A stretch of 32,000 nt of DNA, taken from the NCBI GenBank assembly GCA_046497275.1, contig JAWOFX010000175.1, forward strand, positions 1,993 through 33,992. The letters run 5' to 3'. Below the pieces are notes generated by a model, which was not told the origin of the DNA, did not search any database, and worked only from the letters and a program-made list of their open reading frames with translations. A program made the position numbers and the translations under genes. The stretch comes from Promethearchaeia archaeon (GTDB taxonomy: Archaea; Asgardarchaeota; Lokiarchaeia; Sigyniarchaeales; SOKP01). Shown here piece after piece: positions 1 through 7,724 of the stretch (its first letter is position 1; each line of letters opens with the position of its first letter).

Positions 1-107
1 GTGTTTTGAGTAATGAAAAAATTCAAAATATCTCTATTAAATGCTTCTTGGACCAATTCCTTAAAATTATCCGTTTTTTCGGTAAAGTTCAAAATAATTC
101 TTTTCAT
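1..107 (-). CDS. Partial CDS (N-terminus only, runs off the left edge), hypothetical protein
   Basis: Minus-strand ATG at 107 opens MKRIILNFTEKTDNFKELVQEAFNRDILNFFITQN with no stop before position 1. It is divergent from the Snf7 gene and too short for the ORF track. Confidence 0.5.
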   Translation of the reverse strand, partial: MKRIILNFTEKTDNFKELVQEAFNRDILNFFITQN

Positions 108-242
108 AACTTTCAAATTTTGGTCTATATTAATTTTTTTTACTTATAATAATTTTATTTTTTTGATAATTGAAGTTTTTCCAAAAATAATTTTAAATTT
201 CTGGATTTATAATTATATAACTAGAGTAAAAAATAATCATAT

Positions 243-248
243 AGGTGA
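243..248 (+). promoter_or_regulatory. Shine-Dalgarno-like AGGTGA ahead of the proposed ATC start of Snf7
   Basis: AGGTGA matches the archaeal anti-SD complement (GGAGGTGA) and lies 7 nt before ATC at 256. GTGA/GGTGA-type sites also precede the peptidase, SAF-subunit and RidA genes in this window. Confidence 0.6.
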
Positions 249-255
249 CTAAAAA

Positions 256-906
256 ATCGGTCTTAAAGATAAACTTTTCCCAAAGAAGGGAAGTGACAAA
301 GATATCACAATAACCAAAGCGAAAAGCCATATTCGAAAACTTGCATTGATGAACAAAAATTACACTAAACGAGCTGAGATCAGTAGAAAGAATGCTAAAA
401 TTGCCTTGAAGCGTGGTGAAAAAAATAGAGCAAAGAACTATTTAATACAATATAAAAGTTATCAAAATAAAATTGACCGAACAAATAATATTCGGTCAAA
501 AATAGAAAGACAAATTCAAGCAATAGAAGAAGGGCAATTGGTTTCTCAAACTGGAGATCTAATGGGCGGAATGAGAGATGAACTTAAAGAAATTGCTACT
601 ACTGCATCACCTACCAGAGCAGCGGAAATAAATGAAGATGCTGAATTATATGTCACTGAAATAGAGGAAGCTGCAGAAATATTAGCTGGAGATCCAGAAA
701 TTGATTTGGCTATTGATGTGAATGATGAATTAGAACAATTAGAGACGGAAATGTTGCTTGAGCAAGGAGGCACAATGCCTGAAGTCCCTTCAGACGAATT
801 ACAATATATCTCTGAATTTGATACGGAATTAGAAGAACCTGAACTTCAAGATAAAGAAAAGTTAGAGAAAGAAATTGAAAAGTTAAGAAAAGAATTAGAA
901 GAATAA
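256..906 (+). CDS. snf7: ESCRT-III / Snf7-family protein, Vps20/32/60 class (about 216 aa; proposed non-canonical ATC start, ORF track starts at TTG 346)
   Basis: Basic N-terminal helical hairpin (AKIALKRGEKNRAKNYLIQYKSYQNKIDRTNNIRSKIERQIQAIE), acidic C-terminal half, MPEVPSD (MIM2-like) and a terminal amphipathic helix LEKEIEKLRKELEE. The in-frame upstream extension IGLKDKLFPKKGS resembles the typical MG-x-F-x-K Snf7 N-terminus. Confidence 0.88.
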   Translation: MGLKDKLFPKKGSDKDITITKAKSHIRKLALMNKNYTKRAEISRKNAKIALKRGEKNRAKNYLIQYKSYQNKIDRTNNIRSKIERQIQAIEEGQLVSQTGDLMGGMRDELKEIATTASPTRAAEINEDAELYVTEIEEAAEILAGDPEIDLAIDVNDELEQLETEMLLEQGGTMPEVPSDELQYISEFDTELEEPELQDKEKLEKEIEKLRKELEE

Positions 907-1012
907 ATTCATAAATCTCTCATTTTTCATACTATATATTCCTTCTTTATTTAAATTCTTTAATAACCCTAATTTAAATCTTATAGATTTCATTGAAAAT
1001 TGAAAGATAGAA

Positions 1013-2038
1013 TTATTTGAAACTTCTTAGTGCAAAAACCATATTATTTAATTTCCGTATGGTAATCTCATAGGCAAAATTCTCTTCGAATGCATCCTTT
1101 AGGGGTTTAAATCCACAATCTGGTTTAATAATTAAATTTTCTTCTCCATATAATTCAATTGCTTTCTTTATAGTTTGTTTAATTGTTGAAGTCTCCTCAA
1201 CGTAATCTTCTATTTTACCATCTTTTTTTGGTTTAATCTTTGTTTCTACTGCCCCAAATCCAAGAAATTTATCATGCTGTTCAAAATGTGATTTTTCAAA
1301 AATGTCATAATTCTGTTCATTTGTTTGAAATTCATGATCTAAGATATTCACATTTGTTTCTAAGAGAATATCTCTCAAATTTGGGTTTAATTGACCACAG
1401 ACATGAATTGAAGAAAAACTAGATATACCTGAAATTGCTTTATTTAAGATCTCGATAATAAAATCTTTTGAATGAAACATTGTTCTTCGACCTACAATGA
1501 GACCTAAAATTGGCTCATCCATTGAGATAATATCGATACCCATATCATTATAAGCTTTTCCAATTTGTTTCATTATTTCTGCTAATTTCTCAACGATCCA
1601 TCCAACCATAATCGCTTTTGGTTCCTTAAAGAGCATAGGTTTTTTTCCCTCAGCCAAAGATCCTTTTAAAATGATCTCACTAGCTAAGGTAAATGGTCCA
1701 GTTAAACATGCTTTAGTTCCCTTGATTTTCTGTTTAAGAGTAGGATTATTATTCAAATATTCAACCAAAAATGTTCCATATTCTAAAGCAACGGATTTTT
1801 TTGGAAGCTCAAAATCACCATTTAAAAAAAATTGGTTATTATTCTCTTGTAGTTCTGGAATTGTTTGGGATAATGGGGTTAAAAATTGAGAGATCATTGA
1901 AACCAATTGCGGATAACATGGGAAATCGATTCCAATATTGATTTGGTCCTGAAAAGCGCGCTCCATGTTGACTGGGGTATTTTCCAAGGGGATACTCCCT
2001 ACAACCGTTGTTGATAACCCAAGATCTTCCACTTTCAT
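1013..2038 (-). CDS. metE: Cobalamin-independent methionine synthase, catalytic-domain-only (core MetE) family
   Basis: 341 aa with TTVVGSIP at the N-terminus, KACLTGPFTLA, ISMDEP, and Zn ligands in IHVCG (HxC), DHEF (E) and PDCGF (C). It lacks the folate-binding N-terminal half. Confidence 0.8.
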   Translation of the reverse strand: MKVEDLGLSTTVVGSIPLENTPVNMERAFQDQINIGIDFPCYPQLVSMISQFLTPLSQTIPELQENNNQFFLNGDFELPKKSVALEYGTFLVEYLNNNPTLKQKIKGTKACLTGPFTLASEIILKGSLAEGKKPMLFKEPKAIMVGWIVEKLAEIMKQIGKAYNDMGIDIISMDEPILGLIVGRRTMFHSKDFIIEILNKAISGISSFSSIHVCGQLNPNLRDILLETNVNILDHEFQTNEQNYDIFEKSHFEQHDKFLGFGAVETKIKPKKDGKIEDYVEETSTIKQTIKKAIELYGEENLIIKPDCGFKPLKDAFEENFAYEITIRKLNNMVFALRSFK

Positions 2039-2092
2039 AAATAAAATAAGGTTTATCTAAATTTAAAATTTAATTATAAAATAATAAAAAAA

Positions 2093-4246
2093 TTAGCTAA
2101 AATATTTCTTATTATCAAACTTGCGCCCAATATTTCGTATCGACTCATCCTCTCTGATTCGACCATCTAGATTTCGAATTTTTTTATTTATTATGTAGAG
2201 GTCTTGCTTAAGATTTTTAAACGCTCTTAAATAATCCACTTCAGTGATTTTTCCTTCATCAAACTTGGAATCTAAGTTTTTTAAAGTTTCAATAATACTG
2301 AATCTTTCTTTTTTTAATTCGAGCATATGTTCTTGGTTTTCATCTTTTTCTTCAAAAAGACCATCGTTTTGATACTTGCTTGGATCAAATGATAAATCAT
2401 TATCTCTAAAAAATTCTGATAGATAATTTCGATTATAATCATGAATAGAAGGATTATTCCTATTTGTATTATATAATGATTCAGAAGATCGATTTAATGA
2501 TTCTGCGTTTATAAAATCGCTCAAAGCTCTGTCAAGATTACTCTTCACATTATATCCTTCTTTTTGAGCTCGTTCCAATTTTTTCATCAAAATATTCTTA
2601 TCTTCAGGATTTAATGGATTTGGTTGGTTTCTAGCAAAAATTCGTGAATCGTAATTCTGATATCTATTTGGATATAATATATTTTGGAATTGGAAATTGT
2701 TTGGATCATTAACATAATTCGGATGATTTTGATATTGATGAGGATATTGATGGGGGTATGAGGAGACCGGTTGATAGAGGTGGGGCTGATTATTTTGAAG
2801 AGTTGAATATTCTTGTGAATAAGGCGGTATATTATAGGGATTTATAAAATAATTTGGTGGAGGGGTTGAATTTTGGTTATAATGTTGATTCTGATTATTT
2901 CCTCGAAAATAATCATTTTGAGGAGGAAAAGTATTATTATTGTGATAACTATTGGGAGAATTTTGAAACCTAGTAGTTCTTTGGTGTTGAAGACCTAAAT
3001 GATCTGAGTCGAAATTTTTCTCATTATTGAGTTTGCATTTTAAACTGAAGAACGAATTGATTCCATCTTCGATAAAATTCTTTAAATTCGTAAGATCTAT
3101 TTTTAAATTTTCAATTATATTAGCAGATTTTTTGTCATAAATAGCAGTTTCATCGAAATTTCTTGCGAGTAAAATATATTCAATAACTCTTGAAATTGCT
3201 TTATTTGGGAGAGAAAATTCATATTCCCCATAGGCGAATTTTACAAAAAGTCTTTTGAATAACTTTCCTTTTTCTTTGATTCTCTGAAGATCATCTACAG
3301 GGGCTTTAAATATTAGTTCTTGCTTTGTCTTTAATAATCCATATTCATGAACAAATGATAAATCTAAATTGGTAATAAATAAGATGCCTTTATTTCTTTT
3401 GAATATATCTTGGTAATTTGTACCATTGGATAATTTAGCATTGATCGCATAAACTGGTTTTTCATCTTCTGCTAAATTTATAAACCTTTTGTACTCAGTA
3501 AAATATTTATTAATCTTTTCGATAAATGAGAGGTTTTTTTTTATAGAATCGATATCTTTATTCATTGATTCTATATTACTTTCAATAAAATCTCTAATTG
3601 ATTGATTACTTCTATATAGATTTTCTAATATTCCTTCAATAATTCTTATGCTAGTATTAGGTTGAGAATAAATGTCAAAAAAGTATTCTTTATTAAGCGA
3701 AAGGTGATGAAAATGAATACTTATTTTCTCCATCATTTGATCTTCAATATATTTCACAAGTTTAAACAAAGAAAGGAGTTCTGCTTCCATTTTAGGGAAA
3801 TGATAGCATTTTATAGGTGGAGCTCTTGCTTTTTTTATTTTTTGTCTTAACACATAAAGTCCATTAACAAGATCCCTGAGAGGATCGATAAAATTTCGTG
3901 TTTCTTTAATTAATTCTAAAAAAGACTGTTCTAATTTTTCTTTTTTTTCATAAATATTAATAATCCGATGAGAATGGCATTTTGGACAAGATTTAATATA
4001 TTGTGTGATCTGGATTACATTATCACTCTCACAGTCTTTACATATTTTTATTGTTTCACCTTTCTTAGAATCGGATTCCTTTATGTCTATATTTTTTGAA
4101 TTACAATCTTGGCATACAAATGTTTCTACTTTATCATCATCTAAACAATCAGAGCAACAACTAGCACCACAATTCTCACAATAATAAGCTAAAGGCTCTC
4201 TTCCTTGGCAGAATCTACAGAAATTTTCTGATTTATGCTCTGACAT
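2093..4246 (-). CDS. Multidomain protein: CxxC Zn fingers, coiled coil, PH-like fold, N/Q/P/Y low-complexity region, C-terminal steadiness-box/SHOCT-like hairpin (putative ESCRT-associated adaptor)
   Basis: 717-aa ORF with ATG and upstream AAAGGT. Six CxxC pairs lie in residues 10-90. The domain assignments are by visual pattern only; the CDS itself is secure, its function is not. Confidence 0.6.
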   Translation of the reverse strand: MSEHKSENFCRFCQGREPLAYYCENCGASCCSDCLDDDKVETFVCQDCNSKNIDIKESDSKKGETIKICKDCESDNVIQITQYIKSCPKCHSHRIINIYEKKEKLEQSFLELIKETRNFIDPLRDLVNGLYVLRQKIKKARAPPIKCYHFPKMEAELLSLFKLVKYIEDQMMEKISIHFHHLSLNKEYFFDIYSQPNTSIRIIEGILENLYRSNQSIRDFIESNIESMNKDIDSIKKNLSFIEKINKYFTEYKRFINLAEDEKPVYAINAKLSNGTNYQDIFKRNKGILFITNLDLSFVHEYGLLKTKQELIFKAPVDDLQRIKEKGKLFKRLFVKFAYGEYEFSLPNKAISRVIEYILLARNFDETAIYDKKSANIIENLKIDLTNLKNFIEDGINSFFSLKCKLNNEKNFDSDHLGLQHQRTTRFQNSPNSYHNNNTFPPQNDYFRGNNQNQHYNQNSTPPPNYFINPYNIPPYSQEYSTLQNNQPHLYQPVSSYPHQYPHQYQNHPNYVNDPNNFQFQNILYPNRYQNYDSRIFARNQPNPLNPEDKNILMKKLERAQKEGYNVKSNLDRALSDFINAESLNRSSESLYNTNRNNPSIHDYNRNYLSEFFRDNDLSFDPSKYQNDGLFEEKDENQEHMLELKKERFSIIETLKNLDSKFDEGKITEVDYLRAFKNLKQDLYIINKKIRNLDGRIREDESIRNIGRKFDNKKYFS

Positions 4247-4490
4247 TTTAATATTTACCTTTATATGTGAAGAAAGTGTTTTATACCAAATCGCTTTATT
4301 ATAAGAAGGAGAGGTATATTTTTATTTAACTATGTTATTTGAATATTACGTTTTTAACTTCAATAAAACGGAAGATTAAACCTATATTTATGAAAATAAT
4401 ATAATTTAGAAATTGTAAAAACAATCCCGATCGATGTGAAAATGAATAGTTCTTAATTTTAAATTATAGGAAATTTAAAATTCAGAGGGA

Positions 4491-4784
4491 CTATTTTACT
4501 ATTTTTATTTTCTCCCCTAATGCTTGTCCAGGGAGTCCCGCTTTTTTAAAATAAGCACGAACAGCACCATTATTCCCATGTGCGCGGGTTATTTGTCCTT
4601 TTAACTCTTTTCCACTTGGACTATACCATACGACTGTTCTTCCAATAAGTTTATTTGCTACTTTCCTTGTATTTATATTTGGAAACACTAGTACGCATTG
4701 TTTAGGATGAATTACATGTCGTGATCTTCTGTAATTTGCTATCCTACCCTCCATGCCAATAATCGTTGTTTTACTTTTACTCAT
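4491..4784 (-). CDS. rpl35ae: 50S ribosomal protein L35Ae (eL33)
   Basis: 97-aa basic protein with NYRRSRH, LIGRTVVWYSPSGKELKGQITRAHGNNGAVRAYF and GLPGQALG. Confidence 0.95.
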   Translation of the reverse strand: MSKSKTTIIGMEGRIANYRRSRHVIHPKQCVLVFPNINTRKVANKLIGRTVVWYSPSGKELKGQITRAHGNNGAVRAYFKKAGLPGQALGEKIKIVK

Positions 4785-4864
4785 AATATTATCGTTCTTT
4801 TCTTACTAATTAAGAAACAAAATACTTAAAAAAATAAAAAATTAATTATTATCCTAATGGAATC

Positions 4865-6268
4865 ATGAAAGTCTCGTTTTCAAAAATTAAAATTACTCCA
4901 AATGATTATATAGGAATGCCCATGGCAGGATATTCGCGTCCTGATCCATGTTTAGGAAAGTTAGATGATATTTTTGCATATGGTGTATTAATAGAGCAAG
5001 AGAAATCAGATGAAAATAACAAGTTTCTTTTATTACTTTCTTTCGATCTCCTAAAAATTCCAATCTCAATTGCCACTTATTTTAAAGAAAAAATTGAAAA
5101 AAACTTCAAGGGAATAAAAGAGAAGAATATTCTAATTCATGCTACGCACACGCATTCTGCTCCAGATCTAACAGGAGAGTTTCATTGGCCTGGTGGTACT
5201 TTAGCAGTCGTTAAGGGTATCATGTTTGGAATAAATCAAAACGATAAATTTATAGTATGGATTGGAGATCAGATTCTTAAGTTAGTCGATCATTTATTAA
5301 ATTCATTACAAAACTCCAAAATTTCATGGATCAAGAAAGTTTTCAATCCAGATATAGTAATTAATCGAAGACATCCCTTAAGAAAACCTAAGCCGGAACT
5401 TGGAGTGATTTCCTTTAAAGATCTCGATAATAACATAATAGGATTGATTATAAATTATGCTTGTCATCCTACTACCTTATCTTTATTCAATAATAAGCTA
5501 TCAGCAGATTTTCCGGGGAGAATCGTCTCAGAAATCTCAGAAATTACTAATGGAAAAACAAAATGCATATACTTCAACGGTCCAGCAGGGGATTTAAATC
5601 CAATCACCACATGTGGAACAGATTATGAAGCTTTGAAAGATAATAAAAGTCCTATTTATACCCAATTCGGAACGTACAGACATACAAAAAAACTTGGTTT
5701 TCAAATAGCTGAAGAAGCTTTAAAACTAGCGGAATCAATCCCATCAAACAATTACTATGAAAATATCACATTCCAATTATATATTAAAAATATTTTAGTC
5801 CCTCTAAAAGATCCTAAATATTTTACCTCTTCATGGTTTCAAAATAAGTTATTATACATAATCAAAAAGTATGTTTTATTATCTGTGATCTTAAGTCTCT
5901 ATGAAAAGATTAATTTCCCAATTTTTAAAATTAAGAAAAAGAGAAAACACATTTTTGCGGAAACACTTGTCCAATATATTGATTTTACTGTTCAGAATAC
6001 AACTAAAAAGAGAAAATTCACTATTTTTACAGTACCAGGCGAGCTCTTTGAGGAGATAGGAAGGGATCTTATTGAAGAGTCTCCTGTTGGTACTAGTAAT
6101 AGTTTTTTATTTCAAAATTCTAATGATTGGATAGCATATCTTTTTCCAATTAAAGAATATATACAGATTGGAGGGTATGAACCTGTTGCTAGTTTTGGAC
6201 CTTTGTGCGGTTTTTATATAGAAAGAGAGATGTTAGATTTTTTTAAAGATATCAAAACACTCTTATAA
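4865..6268 (+). CDS. Neutral/alkaline ceramidase-like metal-dependent amidohydrolase
   Basis: Motifs MPMAGY, LSFDLL, HATHTHSAP, NYACHPT, LSADFPG, GPAGDLNP, VPGELFEEIG and GGYE match the neutral ceramidase N-terminal domain family. Confidence 0.72.
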   Translation: MKVSFSKIKITPNDYIGMPMAGYSRPDPCLGKLDDIFAYGVLIEQEKSDENNKFLLLLSFDLLKIPISIATYFKEKIEKNFKGIKEKNILIHATHTHSAPDLTGEFHWPGGTLAVVKGIMFGINQNDKFIVWIGDQILKLVDHLLNSLQNSKISWIKKVFNPDIVINRRHPLRKPKPELGVISFKDLDNNIIGLIINYACHPTTLSLFNNKLSADFPGRIVSEISEITNGKTKCIYFNGPAGDLNPITTCGTDYEALKDNKSPIYTQFGTYRHTKKLGFQIAEEALKLAESIPSNNYYENITFQLYIKNILVPLKDPKYFTSSWFQNKLLYIIKKYVLLSVILSLYEKINFPIFKIKKKRKHIFAETLVQYIDFTVQNTTKKRKFTIFTVPGELFEEIGRDLIEESPVGTSNSFLFQNSNDWIAYLFPIKEYIQIGGYEPVASFGPLCGFYIEREMLDFFKDIKTLL

Positions 6269-6320
6269 GTTTCAAGATATAATATTAGGCTTTCAGTTCA
6301 ATATTTAGAGATTCTTATAT

Positions 6321-7592
6321 TCACATATCTGAACTAAAATAGCTTGTTTTTTTTGGAAACATAATTTCAATCAATGATTCTGATGAATCCTTTACAATAG
6401 CATCCTTTAAGATATAATTTATTTCCTCAAAAGTACGATCTCCCAGTAATAATTTATATAAAAACCCATTTGGAATCCTAAGATCCGTATTTTGGAGATC
6501 TGGATAACCTTTATCTAAAAAAATTGTTTCAATTATGCTATTTTTAATTATTAATTTCACAGTTTCTTGATAATCACTTATTATTACATCTTTGTTTAAA
6601 GTTTTATATTCTGAATTTGCTAATCTCTTTTCTAATATTTTTTTCATTACTTGAAAGAATTTGGAAAGATCTGGAATTTTTACTTGCCAACCATAACTAG
6701 AAAGAGGAGTGCCGCCTAAGGATTTTATGTGGTTAAATAATGAGGAGGTTTCACTAACACTCAGAATCAATAAATCTTCTTTGGAATAATTTGCTATCTT
6801 AATTATATATTGCAGTAAAGTATTCATTTGTTTTTGATTTAAATTTGGACCTACTATTTCATAACACTGATTATCATAACTCAACCCTAACGAGAAGTAG
6901 CTGCTTTTTTTACCATCTTTTTCTAAAATATAAGTAGAACGAATTTCTGCGTTATAAATATCATTTAAATATTTAAATTTAAAGCAATCCGGATCAAATT
7001 TATTAAAAATATAAAAATCTGAATAGAATTCATAATATTTCGATTGAATAAAATTTAGATCATTTATATTAGCTTTTCTAATTTTAATATCTTTAAAATT
7101 TGAGTGGGGAATGTTTGAGATTGGTATTTGTATTCGTTCATCTAAAGAAGATACGAATACATAACCTAATTTGCGATAATAAAAAGGGATTCCTCTTATT
7201 ACTGAAAAAATATATTCTCTTTCACGCATTATTCTTTCATATAATTGGTTTAAAATCCTAATAAATCCCCTTCCCCGATATTTTTCAATTGTTCCAACAA
7301 ACTCCATTTCACATATATTTAAATCTATATTTTCAATCTGCCATTTTAAAGGAGCTAAACATAGAGAAGAGACCATTCTATTTTTTTCATCATCCTTGAT
7401 ATATAACCACATAATATCATTTCTTGTAGGATGTTCTAAAAATATACGGCGAATATAGGTATTCAAGATCTCTTCATGATGAACTTCCATATTTAAATTT
7501 ATAATTGCTTCCAACTGTTCTTTATTATCTTCAGCAATATGAATGCTAAAATTAGTATCAATTTTTTCGCTATATCCTTTTTTAAATTTCAT
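6321..7592 (-). CDS. GNAT acetyltransferase, Eis-like (GNAT plus C-terminal SCP2-like region)
   Basis: 423 aa; acetyl-CoA motif A in MEFVGTIEKYRGRGF and GIPFYYRKLGY; size and C-terminus fit the Eis type. Confidence 0.75.
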   Translation of the reverse strand: MKFKKGYSEKIDTNFSIHIAEDNKEQLEAIINLNMEVHHEEILNTYIRRIFLEHPTRNDIMWLYIKDDEKNRMVSSLCLAPLKWQIENIDLNICEMEFVGTIEKYRGRGFIRILNQLYERIMREREYIFSVIRGIPFYYRKLGYVFVSSLDERIQIPISNIPHSNFKDIKIRKANINDLNFIQSKYYEFYSDFYIFNKFDPDCFKFKYLNDIYNAEIRSTYILEKDGKKSSYFSLGLSYDNQCYEIVGPNLNQKQMNTLLQYIIKIANYSKEDLLILSVSETSSLFNHIKSLGGTPLSSYGWQVKIPDLSKFFQVMKKILEKRLANSEYKTLNKDVIISDYQETVKLIIKNSIIETIFLDKGYPDLQNTDLRIPNGFLYKLLLGDRTFEEINYILKDAIVKDSSESLIEIMFPKKTSYFSSDM

Positions 7593-7724
7593 TTTTTTAT
7601 GTTTAATATTATAAATTTAAAGAAAGATAGGATCGTAAATCTTTTTTAGATTTTAGTTTTTATTAGATAAATTATAAAAAAAGTGGGGAAAAGTTAGAGG
7701 ATATAATTTCTTTGAAATATGTTG

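Noticed and set aside
1-107. Faint resemblance of the partial ORF to the N-terminus of archaeal 3-dehydroquinate synthase II
   Set aside because: Only 35 residues are visible and the similarity is pattern-level, so it is left as hypothetical.
13-252. 79-aa plus-strand ORF upstream of Snf7
   Set aside because: Low-complexity F/I/N/K composition typical of AT-rich intergenic DNA. It overlaps the more protein-like minus-strand ORF starting at 107. Its stop at 250-252 only bounds the Snf7 frame, and there is no sign of readthrough.
4306-4379. Strong AAGGAGAGGT followed by a 15-codon ORF (MLFEYYVFNFNKTED)
   Set aside because: The SD-like motif is about 16 nt from the ATG, which is too far, and the ORF is too short to support.
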